A stretch of DNA of 64,000 nucleotides from Actinomycetota bacterium (lineage in GTDB: Bacteria; Actinomycetota; JAICYB01). Both the position numbers and the translations under genes were made by a program. A model generated the notes under the pieces. It saw only the letters and a program-made list of their open reading frames with translations, had not been told where the DNA came from and made no database searches. The DNA lies in contig DASQWC010000215.1 of assembly GCA_035640475.1 (NCBI GenBank), forward strand, positions 1,450 to 65,449. Reading direction: 5' to 3'. This document shows, piece after piece, positions 1 through 9,233 of the stretch (its first letter is position 1; the number at the start of each line of letters is the position of its first letter).

Positions 1-1306
1 CGACGTTGTCGGTCGCGTCCGGGTAGTCACCGATGCGCGTCGGGTCGCCGAGGCACACGAACAAATTGCGGATGCCCAGCGCGTGCCCGGCGAGCAGATC
101 TCCCTGAATGCGCAAGAGATTGCGTCCGCGAATTGGGAAATGAAGGATCGTCTCGATCCCGACGTGCTCGTGGATCAGCCGGGCCGGCGCCCACGGACTC
201 ATGCGCATGCGTGCCATTGGGCTGTCGGCAACGTTGATGACGTCGGCACCCGCGTCGAAGAGCGTTTCGGCTCCCGCGAGCATCTTCGCCGTCGAGGTGC
301 TGCGCGGCGGATCCATCTCTACGGTGACGACGAATTGCCCGGCGGCGAGCTTGGCGCCGAGCGCCGTCGTGGATGACGCCGTGTCGGCGCCGCCTTCCGC
401 CGGCGCGGCCGGGAGGATCTCCAGCAGCAGCTGGCGCGGTCCGGCCAGCGCCTCGGCCATCGACCGGATGTGCTCGGGGCCGGTACCGCAGCAGCCGCCG
501 ACGATGGACGCGCCGCTCGCCACGAACGCGCGCGCGTAGTCGCCCAAGTACTCGGGCGTCGCCGGGTACACGATCCGTTCACCGACACGCGCCGGCCCCC
601 CGGCATTCGGCATGGCGACGAGCGGCGTCGAGCCGACGAGGTCGCGCATCAACGTGATGATGCGAAGCACCTGCGCCGGCCCCTCCGAGCAGTTCACGCC
701 GACGGCATCGGCACCGAGCTCGACGAGGCGCGATGCGACGTTCTCCGGTGTCGAACCGAGGAGTGTACGGTCGTCTCGGGTGAAGGTTGCGGTCACGATC
801 ACGGCCAGATCGCACACCGACCGTGCCGCTTGGAGGGCTTCCTCCATCTCGATCAGGTCCGACTGCGTCTCGATCAAGATCAGGTCGGCACCTGCCGCAG
901 CGAGAACGCCGATCTGCTCGGCGTAGGCCTTCCGCGCCTGGCTCCGCTTGACGCGCCCATACGGTGCGAGCCGGACGCGCAACGGGCCGACCGATCCGGC
1001 CACCAGGACTCCGGCTTCCCGTGCGAGCTCGACGCCGCGCCGATTGATCTCATCCACGCGTCCCTCGAGGTCGAGCTTGCCGAGAGCGAATCGGTTCGCA
1101 CCGAATGTGTTCGTCTCGACGAGCTTCGAACCGGCGTCGGCGAACGCCCGGTGCACGGCGCGGACGACGTCCGGACGATCGAGGTTGAGGATCTCGACGC
1201 AGTCGTCGGGTCCGACGATGCCGCGCTCGATCAACGACGATCCGATCCCGCCGTCGGCGAGCAGAGGTTCGTCGGCGACGAGAGCGCGAAACTCTGCGCC
1301 GTTCAT
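1..1306 (-). CDS. bifunctional homocysteine S-methyltransferase / 5,10-methylenetetrahydrofolate reductase (YitJ-like); C-terminus lies outside the window
   Basis: Not in the ORF track because there is no stop in the window. Hand translation of the minus strand from ATG 1306-1304 stays open to position 1. It reads MNGAEFRALVADEPLLADGGIGSSLIERG...VNCSEGP...GGCCGTGPEHI (Hcy-binding domain Cys motifs), then FVVTVEMDPP...VINVADSPMARMRMSPW (MTHFR-like domain). Confidence 0.8.
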   Translation of the reverse strand, partial: MNGAEFRALVADEPLLADGGIGSSLIERGIVGPDDCVEILNLDRPDVVRAVHRAFADAGSKLVETNTFGANRFALGKLDLEGRVDEINRRGVELAREAGVLVAGSVGPLRVRLAPYGRVKRSQARKAYAEQIGVLAAAGADLILIETQSDLIEMEEALQAARSVCDLAVIVTATFTRDDRTLLGSTPENVASRLVELGADAVGVNCSEGPAQVLRIITLMRDLVGSTPLVAMPNAGGPARVGERIVYPATPEYLGDYARAFVASGASIVGGCCGTGPEHIRSMAEALAGPRQLLLEILPAAPAEGGADTASSTTALGAKLAAGQFVVTVEMDPPRSTSTAKMLAGAETLFDAGADVINVADSPMARMRMSPWAPARLIHEHVGIETILHFPIRGRNLLRIQGDLLAGHALGIRNLFVCLGDPTRIGDYPDATDNV

Positions 1307-1327
1307 GTCTCGATTATCGACCGCGGG

Positions 1328-2269
1328 CTACGAGGAGACGCCCGCAACCTCTTTCGGAAGCGGAAACCGGACGTCCTCATCGACGACCCGAACCTCTTCG
1401 ACCACGCTCGGCCCGAATCCGGTGAGGTAATCGAGAACACGATCTACGAGCCACTCGGGAGCCGACGCCGACGACGAGAGCCCGACAAGCTCGACTTCCT
1501 CGAGCCAAGCCGGATCGATTTGCGATTCGTCCTCGATGAGGTAGGACTGCGCGCCGTGCTGCTTTGCAACCTCAACCATGCGGAGCGAGTTCGACGAATT
1601 GGGAGCGCCGATGACCAGGACGAGTGGTGCGCGCCGTGCGAGGACCTTGACCGCGGCTTGCCTGTTTGTCGTCGCATAGCAGATGTCGGACTTCGTCGGT
1701 TCCTTGATGTTCGGGAATCGGCGTCGAAGTGTCGCGACGATCTCCTTCGTATCGTCGACCGACAACGTCGTTTGTGTGATGTACGAAACGTTGTCGGGGT
1801 CGGCGACCTCGAGCTCCTCGGCCTCCTTGGCATCTTGAACGAGCACCGTGCGTGTCGGCGCCTGCCCCATCGTCCCTTCTACTTCCTCGTGACCGGCATG
1901 GCCGATCAGCACGATGGTCCGTTCGCGCTTTGCGAACCGAATGGCTTCGACGTGCACTTTCGTGACGAGCGGGCACGTCGCGTCGATGAGGTGGAGATCT
2001 CGTTGTTTTGCCGTCTCGTAGACGGTGGGAGCCGAGCCGTGCGCGGAGAGCACGCAAATCGAGCCGTCGGGAACCTCGGTGACCTCGTCGACGAAGATCG
2101 CTCCCCGGCGCTCGAGTCCTTCGACGACGTGGCGGTTGTGGACGATTTGCTTACGCACGTAAATCGGGGGGCCGAAACGATCGATGGCCCGCTCGACGAT
2201 GTCGACGGCACGATCGACCCCCGCGCACCATCCGCGCGGAGCAGCCAAGAGAACGCGCTCCAAGGACAT
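1328..2269 (-). CDS. ispH: 4-hydroxy-3-methylbut-2-enyl diphosphate reductase
   Basis: ORF 1328..2344. MSLERVLLAAPRGWCAGVDRAV...HNRHVV...IDATCPLVTKVH...GHAGHEEVEGT are typical IspH/LytB motifs with the three cluster Cys. Start set at ATG 2269; the upstream 25 codons run into the repeat element. Confidence 0.93.
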   Translation of the reverse strand: MSLERVLLAAPRGWCAGVDRAVDIVERAIDRFGPPIYVRKQIVHNRHVVEGLERRGAIFVDEVTEVPDGSICVLSAHGSAPTVYETAKQRDLHLIDATCPLVTKVHVEAIRFAKRERTIVLIGHAGHEEVEGTMGQAPTRTVLVQDAKEAEELEVADPDNVSYITQTTLSVDDTKEIVATLRRRFPNIKEPTKSDICYATTNRQAAVKVLARRAPLVLVIGAPNSSNSLRMVEVAKQHGAQSYLIEDESQIDPAWLEEVELVGLSSSASAPEWLVDRVLDYLTGFGPSVVEEVRVVDEDVRFPLPKEVAGVSS

Positions 2270-2295
2270 AGCGCAACCAGCGTAAAGGCACCACC

Positions 2296-2428
2296 GCGCC
2301 GGGGGGTTCGGGGGGCCGCGGAGCGAAGCGGAGCCGCCGCGCAATTGGGGGGGTTCGGGGGGCCGCGGAGCGAAGCGGAGCCGCCGCGCGAAGCGCGGCC
2401 GCCCCCCGAACTACCCGGGAGCGCGCAA
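2296..2428 (-). repeat. GC-rich palindromic repeat element, copy A (reverse orientation, with an internal 46-nt tandem duplication)
   Basis: 2301-2342 and 2347-2389 are near-identical direct repeats (ggggggttcggggggccgcggagcgaagcggagccgccgcgc). The reverse complement starts ccattgcgcgctccc and ends ccccccgaaccccccggcgcg, matching the ends of copies B, C and D. Confidence 0.75.
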
Positions 2429-2481
2429 TGGGCCGCCGCAAGGCCCGCACCACGATCCGGACTCGTATGATCTTTCGGCAC

Positions 2482-3450
2482 ATGGCCCGTGCTACCCGGT
2501 CGTTCGATGCTTTTGCCGACGCGTTTGCGCGGATTACCGACTCCGTGGAATACGTCATCCAGGGCAAGCCCGACGCCGTCCGGCTTTGCGTCGTCGCCCT
2601 GTTCGCTGAGGGTCACGTCCTGATCGAGGACGTCCCGGGCGTCGGCAAGACGATGCTCGCCAAGGCCCTCGCGCGCTCCCTCGGCTGCTCGTTCCGCCGT
2701 ATCCAGTTCACCCCCGACCTCCTCCCCACCGACATCACCGGCGTCCGCGTCTGGGCTCGGCAGCGTGGAGGCGTCGAGTTCCGGCCCGGCCCGGTCTTCG
2801 CGCAGGTGGTCCTCGGCGACGAGATCAATCGCGCGTCGCCGAAGACACAGGCGGCGCTCCTGGAGTCGATGGAAGAGCGCCAGGTCACGCTCGACGGGCA
2901 CACCTATCCGCTCGAGCGTCCGTTCATGGTCGTCGCAACGCAGAACCCCATCGAGCACGAAGGGACCTACCCCCTGCCCGAAGCCGAGCTCGATCGCTTC
3001 TTGATGCGCGTGCGCATCGGCTACCCGGCTCCGGAGGCAGAAATCGACGTGCTGTCGATTCACGGCCTTCCCGGCCGCATCGACGATCTCGACGCAGTCG
3101 CGAGTGCCGCCTCGGTCCGCAAGCTCATCGATCAGGCCCACGAGGTGCACGTTGCCGATGCGATCAAGGGGTACATCGTCGACTTGCTCGGGGCGACGAG
3201 AGAGCACGATCACGCGTATCTCGGCGCGTCACCGCGCGCGGGACTGATGCTTCTTCGCGCGGCACGGGTCGCGGCGGCGTCCGATGCGCGCGCGTACGTC
3301 GTCCCCGACGACGTCAAAGAGCTGGCCGAGCCGGTCCTGTCGCACCGCATCATCCCGACCCCGGAAGCGCAGCTCGCCGGCGTGTCGGCTGAATCGGTCG
3401 TCGCCGACGCGGTGAGCCGAACGCCAGTGCCCAAGCCGGCCAGGGCGTGA
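2482..3450 (+). CDS. MoxR-family AAA+ ATPase
   Basis: ORF 2428..3450. AEGHVLIEDVPGVGKTMLAKALARS (Walker A) and ...ILGDEINRASPKTQAALLE... (Walker B / sensor) are present. ATG 2482 chosen; ATG 2467 and GTG 2428 are also in frame. Confidence 0.9.
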   Translation: MARATRSFDAFADAFARITDSVEYVIQGKPDAVRLCVVALFAEGHVLIEDVPGVGKTMLAKALARSLGCSFRRIQFTPDLLPTDITGVRVWARQRGGVEFRPGPVFAQVVLGDEINRASPKTQAALLESMEERQVTLDGHTYPLERPFMVVATQNPIEHEGTYPLPEAELDRFLMRVRIGYPAPEAEIDVLSIHGLPGRIDDLDAVASAASVRKLIDQAHEVHVADAIKGYIVDLLGATREHDHAYLGASPRAGLMLLRAARVAAASDARAYVVPDDVKELAEPVLSHRIIPTPEAQLAGVSAESVVADAVSRTPVPKPARA

Positions 3451-4655
3451 CCACTCGCGGGCGAACCCTGGCGGCCCTCGCCGCCTCGATGCTCGTCTTC
3501 GGACGGCTGGGCGGAATGCGCGAGCTGATCATGGCGGGCGCGTCGTTCGCGCTCGTGCTCGTCCTCGGCTTCTTGCTCGTGTGGCTTCGAGGAGGACGCG
3601 TGCGCGCACAGCGCAAGGTCGTTCCTGTGCAGGCGTTCGTGGGCGGGCGCGTCCGCGTCGAGCTCACGGTCGAAGCGGGCGGGCGCCTGGGGTTCGGACC
3701 ACTGCTCCTCGCCGATCGCGTGCCCCGTGCCGTCGGGCCGAGCCCACGCCTGGCTCTTCCCGGCGCCGGCCATGCACGCCGCCGTGCCGTCGCGTACACG
3801 ATCACACCCCGATTGCGCGGCCGATACACGATCGGTCCGCTGGAGCTCACGCACACGGATCCCTTCGGGGCCGTCCGGCGCCATGTGAACGCTCCCGGCG
3901 CGTCGCCGCTGCTCGTGCTACCTGCCTTCGAAGAGATCAATGCGCTGCCGACGGGCGTCCAGCGCATCGGCATCGTGAGGAACTCGCCGCTCGTCGGACA
4001 GGGCGACGAGTTCTATGCGCTCCGTGCGTACGAAGAAGGCGACGACCTCCGAAAGATCCATTGGCCGACGTCGGCCAAAATCGGCCAGCTCGTCGTCCGC
4101 CAGGAGGAATTGCTCGCGGAGCCGCGCGCGCTCATCGTTCTGGACACGACGGCGGCCAAGCACAAGGGACGCGGAGCCGCTTCGTCGCTCGAAGCCGCGG
4201 TCTCGGCGTGCGCGTCCGTGGGAGTCCTCGCGATCCGCCGGCGTATGCGCATCGACGTACTCACTCCCGACGGCCCGCTCCTGCGGCATCGAACGCCCTC
4301 GGAACGGCAGCTGCTGCACGCGCTGGCCGTCGTCGAGGCCAGCAAGCGACGCGGCCTGACCAACGCGCTCGAACGAACGGCGGGGCGTCCCGGCCGGGCT
4401 GCACTGGTCGTCGTGATCACGCCGGGCCTCACCAAGGACGAGCTGCGGGCGATGGCCTCTCGCGCGAAGGGCGCGGCGGCGGGAGCCGTCGTGCTCGTCG
4501 ACGCGTCGACGTTCGAGCGCAAAGCGCAACGAATCTCCCGGAGCGCGGAGGCCGACCTTGCCATGCTCTCGCTGCCGGTGATGCACCTGAGGGCAGGCGA
4601 CTCGTTCCGCACCGTTTGGAACGCTGGGGTCTACGGTGTCGCTCTGGCGAGATGA
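3447..4655 (+). CDS. DUF58 (vWA-like) protein, MoxR partner
   Basis: GQGDEFYALRAYEEGDDLRKIHWPTSAKIGQLVVRQEE is the DUF58 signature, with N-terminal TM segments. The GTG start overlaps the moxR stop (GTGA). Confidence 0.85.
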   Translation: MTTRGRTLAALAASMLVFGRLGGMRELIMAGASFALVLVLGFLLVWLRGGRVRAQRKVVPVQAFVGGRVRVELTVEAGGRLGFGPLLLADRVPRAVGPSPRLALPGAGHARRRAVAYTITPRLRGRYTIGPLELTHTDPFGAVRRHVNAPGASPLLVLPAFEEINALPTGVQRIGIVRNSPLVGQGDEFYALRAYEEGDDLRKIHWPTSAKIGQLVVRQEELLAEPRALIVLDTTAAKHKGRGAASSLEAAVSACASVGVLAIRRRMRIDVLTPDGPLLRHRTPSERQLLHALAVVEASKRRGLTNALERTAGRPGRAALVVVITPGLTKDELRAMASRAKGAAAGAVVLVDASTFERKAQRISRSAEADLAMLSLPVMHLRAGDSFRTVWNAGVYGVALAR

Positions 4656-6747
4656 CCCGAAGCCGTCGCCGGCGACACTCGCCTCGCTCGTCGCTGTCGC
4701 GCTCGTCGCCGTCGCAAGCCTGAGCCGGATCTTCGACGACCCGAAGTATCTGGCGTGGGCGTTGCCGGCGGTGGTGATCGGCGCGGTCTTCGCGTTCGCG
4801 TTCGGCCGCCGTTCGCTGGGCCTCGGCTTCGGACTGATGGCGGTCGCATGGCTGTTGACGTTGCCGGGCTTGTTCGTGCGCTCGGAAACAGATTCGGGCT
4901 TCCCAACTGCGCATGCGATCCGGACGGCATGGAAGCTCCTCGGCTCCGGGTTGTCCGACATTCCGAAGGCCGTACCGCCGCTGGAGACAGAGCCGCGCTT
5001 CATGATCCTCGTCTGGACGGCACTGCTGTTCCTCGGATTCCTCGGCGCCGCTTGGGTGGTCGTGCGCCGTCCGGTCGGCGCGATCGTCTCGGCCCTCGGT
5101 GTCGTGACGTTCACCGGATCACTCGGCGACGGCGGGGGGCGCTCGGCCTACGCAGTTGCCGCCGTCGCGGCGACCGGCGCGTTCTTCTTGGCCGAGGGCC
5201 GGCAACGCATCTCGCGATGGGCGTCGGGGCGCATCAGCGTGCCGGCATGGTTCGGCGTACCGACGCTGATGGCGGCGTGCGCGTTCGCGCTCGTCGCGCC
5301 GTTCGTCTTCGGCGACAAACCGCTCGTCGAGCTGCGCTCGGCCATCCGGCCGAGGCTCGTCATCATCAAACCGCTGTCCGACATCCGGCGACAGCTCAAG
5401 GTCGATCCGCCGATCGAGGTCATGCGCGTCGCGTCGGAGCGCTCTACCTATTGGCGACTGACGGCGCTCGACAAATACGACGGACGCGAGTGGGTGCTCG
5501 AAGCGCGGCCGCGACCGGTGCGCGACGGCGTCGTCCGGGCACCCGTTCCGCCGGCGACCGGCGAGATCCTCGAGCAGCGCTTCCGCCTCACGTCGCTGCT
5601 GTCGCCGTGGATGCCGGCCGCGTACGCAGCCCGATCGGTGGACGCACAGGCGACCGTGGAGCTCGACGAGCCGTCGCAAACCTTGTTGCTCCGCGACAGG
5701 ACGAGCCCCGGTCTGACCTACACGGTTCGATCGCAGCTGCCGCAGGTCACGTCGAATCTGTACGCGGTTGCCGGCGACGTGAGCGACGCGAACGAGAAGC
5801 TGCTGGGCGACATCGCACGGCCGCTGGTCGCCGGCGCCGCGACACCGCTCGACGCGGCTCGCCGGCTCGAAGCACACTTCCGGACGTACACCTACAACGA
5901 GGACGTCGAAGGTGGTCACTCGGTCCGGCGACTCCAGCAGTTCCTGAACGATCGCACCGGGTACTGCGAGCAGTTCGCCGCCACGATGACACTCATGCTT
6001 CGCGGCCTCGGCTACGATGCGCGCGTCGGCGTTGGGTTCCTGCCCGGTGCGTCGAGCGGAGGTGAGTTCATCGTCTCGACGCGTGAGGCACACGCGTGGG
6101 TCGAGGCCGACATCCCCGGGGCCGGATGGACGTCGTTCGACCCGACGCCGGGACGCGGAGATACGTCGCCGGCCCCCAACGAGACCGAGGAGTCGGAGCC
6201 GGCACCCGCGCCGCCCGCGCCTCAGCCGACCGAGATCCTCGAGTCGACGCCGGAACCGCAAGAATTTCCGTCCGATGTTCAACGACAAGAATCCGGCGTT
6301 CCGGCGGCCGTGATCTGGCTTTGCGTCGCGATCGCGCTCCTCGTTGTGATTCCCGTCGCCAAACGCGTGCGCCGGCACGTCCGAAGCGTCGGCGATCCCC
6401 CCGACGTGATCCTCGGTGCGTACGCGGAGCTCGTGGATCGTGCGCGGGAGCTCGGCTGGTCGGCCGCGCCGTCGGAGACACAACGCGAGTTCGTGCGCAG
6501 GACGACCGGGACCGACGGTGACGATATCGGTGTGCTCGCCGCTCGCGTGCTCTACGGGCCTCCGGGAGCGACGAAGCAAGAGGCAACGGCCGCGTGGTCG
6601 GCGCTCGATCGGACCGTGCGTGCGCTCCGTAATCGGGCGCCGATGTGGCGGCGCATCCTCGCTCCGATCGATCTCACGCCGTTCCTGCCGGAGCGAATGT
6701 TCAGGCGCGTTCGAGTGCGGCTCGGCAGCGCCCTGGCGCGAAGCTAG
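4636..6747 (+). CDS. membrane transglutaminase-domain protein (TgpA-like)
   Basis: Multi-TM N-terminus and a transglutaminase core GYCEQFAATMTLMLR...REAHAWVEADIPGAGWTSFDPTP (Cys/His/Asp), plus a late TM. The start overlaps the DUF58 gene by 20 nt. Confidence 0.85.
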   Translation: MSLWRDDPKPSPATLASLVAVALVAVASLSRIFDDPKYLAWALPAVVIGAVFAFAFGRRSLGLGFGLMAVAWLLTLPGLFVRSETDSGFPTAHAIRTAWKLLGSGLSDIPKAVPPLETEPRFMILVWTALLFLGFLGAAWVVVRRPVGAIVSALGVVTFTGSLGDGGGRSAYAVAAVAATGAFFLAEGRQRISRWASGRISVPAWFGVPTLMAACAFALVAPFVFGDKPLVELRSAIRPRLVIIKPLSDIRRQLKVDPPIEVMRVASERSTYWRLTALDKYDGREWVLEARPRPVRDGVVRAPVPPATGEILEQRFRLTSLLSPWMPAAYAARSVDAQATVELDEPSQTLLLRDRTSPGLTYTVRSQLPQVTSNLYAVAGDVSDANEKLLGDIARPLVAGAATPLDAARRLEAHFRTYTYNEDVEGGHSVRRLQQFLNDRTGYCEQFAATMTLMLRGLGYDARVGVGFLPGASSGGEFIVSTREAHAWVEADIPGAGWTSFDPTPGRGDTSPAPNETEESEPAPAPPAPQPTEILESTPEPQEFPSDVQRQESGVPAAVIWLCVAIALLVVIPVAKRVRRHVRSVGDPPDVILGAYAELVDRARELGWSAAPSETQREFVRRTTGTDGDDIGVLAARVLYGPPGATKQEATAAWSALDRTVRALRNRAPMWRRILAPIDLTPFLPERMFRRVRVRLGSALARS

Positions 6748-7727
6748 ACGCCGACCGGGCGGCCGTCCTCGATCTGATCGAGGTACTCCGACAGGCCGTA
6801 CCCGGTCTTGCCCTCCCACCGGTACTCGGTGAGCCCCTCGCCGATGCGTGTGACCTTTCCTTCGCGCCGGTTGCGCAGCGGAATGAACGACATGACCGAA
6901 CCGGTGATCTCGATCTCGCGGTCCGGCGTACGCGCGACACAGCGCAACGTCTCCTGATCGAACTCCTCCGACCACGATGTCTCGATCTGGGCGTCGACGA
7001 TCGGGGTGTAGCCACCTTTCTCGAAGACGACGCCCGACCGGCGCACCTTGCCGTCGCGACTCGCGATCACCGAGACCATGAACCCATCGTCCGGGCCCGC
7101 GTTGCACGTGAGCCACCGGTACCAGTACGGCGCCTGCCACGACCTCGGCCCCCACGAGTGATCGCGGAGTCCGAACCCGTCCACGTCCCACGCGTCGGCA
7201 CCGACGGCGACGCGTCCGGACGCGGCCACGTGCTGCTCGTAATGGCCCTTCGCGAACTGCATCGACTCGGGGACGACGTCGCCTTCGTCCCACTCGGGCT
7301 CGCCGCCCATCATCGGCGACAGACCCGTGTACGCGAGCTCCACCGTCGCATCGACGTGCGGCGCTTCCGTGAACGCCTTGCGCGGGTCCTTCATGGCCAG
7401 CGGGTCGCTGAGGACGGCGACCTTGCCGTCGTAGGTCACACGCTGCTTCTTGAACGGCTCGATCACCTCGAACCGCATCCCGCCCGCGTCGAAGGCGTCG
7501 TTGTTGTCGATGTGCGGACGCGCATACATGAACCCGACCGTTTCGTCCGGCAGATACAGGCAACACGTCATCTCGGCGTAGCGCTCGTTGGCACGGTTGC
7601 CGAGTCGGAACCATCCGCCGAGGTCGGCCTTCGGGTCGTAGACGTTGAAGTACATCGACTCGTTGAAGGTCTCCGCCTTTTCGAGCTCGTGCATGTACTC
7701 GTCCTGCGGTTCCAGTCGGATGCGCAT
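6744..7727 (-). CDS. conserved hypothetical soluble protein (family not recognised)
   Basis: ORF 6744..7829 with protein-like composition (MRIRLEPQDEYMHELEKAETFNESMYFNVYDP...). Start set at ATG 7727, which has GGAGGG 6 nt upstream. Divergent from the kinase gene. Confidence 0.6.
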   Translation of the reverse strand: MRIRLEPQDEYMHELEKAETFNESMYFNVYDPKADLGGWFRLGNRANERYAEMTCCLYLPDETVGFMYARPHIDNNDAFDAGGMRFEVIEPFKKQRVTYDGKVAVLSDPLAMKDPRKAFTEAPHVDATVELAYTGLSPMMGGEPEWDEGDVVPESMQFAKGHYEQHVAASGRVAVGADAWDVDGFGLRDHSWGPRSWQAPYWYRWLTCNAGPDDGFMVSVIASRDGKVRRSGVVFEKGGYTPIVDAQIETSWSEEFDQETLRCVARTPDREIEITGSVMSFIPLRNRREGKVTRIGEGLTEYRWEGKTGYGLSEYLDQIEDGRPVGV

Positions 7728-7768
7728 GCGTTTGCCCTCCGCGATCGGCTGTGTGACACGATACGCGC

Positions 7769-8830
7769 ATGAGTGAGCTCGAAGACCGCCTGACGAGCTT
7801 CTGCACCAAGCGCATAGGAATGCCGGCAACGATCTCGGAGCTCACTCGTCTCTCGGGTGGAGCGTCCCGGGAGATGTGGTCGTTCGCGATCCAATCCGAC
7901 GACGGCGAGCGCCGACTGGTTCTCCGTCGCGACCCGCCGGGAGCACCGGCGAAGAGTGATCGCGCAACAGAGGTCGAGATCCTGCGCATCGCGGCCGACG
8001 CCGGCGTGCCGGTTCCGAAGGTCGTGTGGACGGCCGACGCAGACGAGCTCGGCTCCCCCGGCTACTTCATGGAGTACGTGCCCGGCGAAACGATCGCCCG
8101 CCGCATCCTTCGCGAGGACGAGTACGCGAACGCTCGCAATGTGATGGCAGCGCAATGCGGCGACGTCCTCGGCAAGATCCACGCGATCGATCCGGACGAC
8201 CTCCGGGGACTACCGCGTCCCGAGCGCAAGCCGGCCGAAGCCGTCCTCGAGCAGTACGCGCAGTTGCTCGACTCCTTCGGTGAGCCGCATCCCGCCTTCG
8301 AGCTCGCGTTGCGCTGGCTCGCTCGCGAGACGCCCGCGACGGAGCGCATCACCGTCGTGCACGGCGACTTCCGGAACGGAAACCTGATCGTCGGCGAGGA
8401 AGGGCTCCGCGCGGTCCTCGACTGGGAGCTCGTGCATCTCGGCGACCCGTGGGAGGACTTGGCGTGGCTGTGCATGCGCTCGTGGCGGTTCGGGGGCCCG
8501 GGCGAGGTCGGCGGTTTCGGGAGCCGCGAGGATCTCTACATCGCGTACGAGGAGTCCTCCGGTGTGCCGGTCGACCGTGAGGCCGTGCACTGGTGGGAGA
8601 TCATGTCGAACGCGAAGTGGGGAATCATGACGATCGGCCAGGCCTTCACGCACCTGTGGGGCCATGTGCCCTCACTCGAGCTCGCCGCGATCGGGCGCCG
8701 CACGGTTGAAACGGAGTACGACGTTCTGAATCTCATGTTGCGCGCTCCCGCGCGCTCCCAGTTGATCGGGGGCGCTCCGCGCCCTTCGGGCGCTGCGCCC
8801 CCCGAACCCCCCGCGCCTGGAGTTACCTAA
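7769..8830 (+). CDS. phosphotransferase-family (APH/choline-kinase fold) protein
   Basis: VVHGDFRNGNLIV...AVLDWELVHLGDPWEDLAW gives the catalytic loop and metal-binding Asp of the APH fold. The last ~30 codons are encoded by repeat copy B. Confidence 0.85.
   Translation: MSELEDRLTSFCTKRIGMPATISELTRLSGGASREMWSFAIQSDDGERRLVLRRDPPGAPAKSDRATEVEILRIAADAGVPVPKVVWTADADELGSPGYFMEYVPGETIARRILREDEYANARNVMAAQCGDVLGKIHAIDPDDLRGLPRPERKPAEAVLEQYAQLLDSFGEPHPAFELALRWLARETPATERITVVHGDFRNGNLIVGEEGLRAVLDWELVHLGDPWEDLAWLCMRSWRFGGPGEVGGFGSREDLYIAYEESSGVPVDREAVHWWEIMSNAKWGIMTIGQAFTHLWGHVPSLELAAIGRRTVETEYDVLNLMLRAPARSQLIGGAPRPSGAAPPEPPAPGVT
8738..8816 (+). repeat. GC-rich palindromic repeat element, copy B
   Basis: ttgcgcgctcccgcgcgctcccagttgatcgggggcgctc...gctgcgccccccgaaccccccgcg. 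It is identical to copy C over a 38-nt left block and a 24-nt right block. Confidence 0.8.
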
Positions 8831-8831
8831 G

Positions 8832-9233
8832 GTGCAAGACAGACCTACGGCTGAAGAACTCCTGCAAGTTGCGCAGAACTTCTGCGAGCGAGATCTCCTG
8901 CCGAGTCTGTCCGGGCGCGTTCGGTTCCATGCACGCGTCTTGCAAAACATCCTCGGCATCCTCCAACGGGAGTGGACCGGCGAGGAGGACGCCGTCCGGG
9001 CCGAATGGAACCGCCTCCGAACACTCCTCGACAAGCACAGCGACGCTCCGCCGACTTACGGCGCAGTTCGCGACGAGGTCGTCGCATGGAACAAGGAGCT
9101 CGGCTCCCGCATCCGCGCCGGCGGCCAGGACGACCGATGGGACGAAACCGTCGCCGCCGTCTACGAGACGATCTTAGAGAAGCTTGCGATCGCGAACCCG
9201 CGTCACTCCGAGGCGGCTTCCTCGGACACCTGA
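8832..9233 (+). CDS. small helical protein (tentatively DUF6285-like), partner of the APH-like kinase
   Basis: ORF with a GTG start 1 nt after the kinase stop. MQDRPTAEELLQVAQNFCERDLLPSLSGRVRFHARVLQNILGILQRE resembles proteins usually encoded next to actinobacterial APH-like kinases (recalled from memory, not searched). Confidence 0.6.
   Translation: MQDRPTAEELLQVAQNFCERDLLPSLSGRVRFHARVLQNILGILQREWTGEEDAVRAEWNRLRTLLDKHSDAPPTYGAVRDEVVAWNKELGSRIRAGGQDDRWDETVAAVYETILEKLAIANPRHSEAASSDT

Noticed and set aside
2301-2389. Possible CRISPR array (two near-identical 42-43 nt units)
   Set aside because: There are only two units, separated by 4 nt, with no spacers. They are part of the dispersed repeat family, and no cas genes are present.
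470-2470. 666-aa plus-strand ORF
   Set aside because: It is antisense to the YitJ-like gene and ispH, both of which have clear motifs. Its Arg/Asp/Gly-rich composition has no motifs, a typical shadow ORF in GC-rich DNA.
5119-7989. 956-aa minus-strand ORF
   Set aside because: It is antisense to the transglutaminase gene and out of frame with the 6744-7727 gene. Extreme Arg/Pro/Gly content and no recognisable domain.
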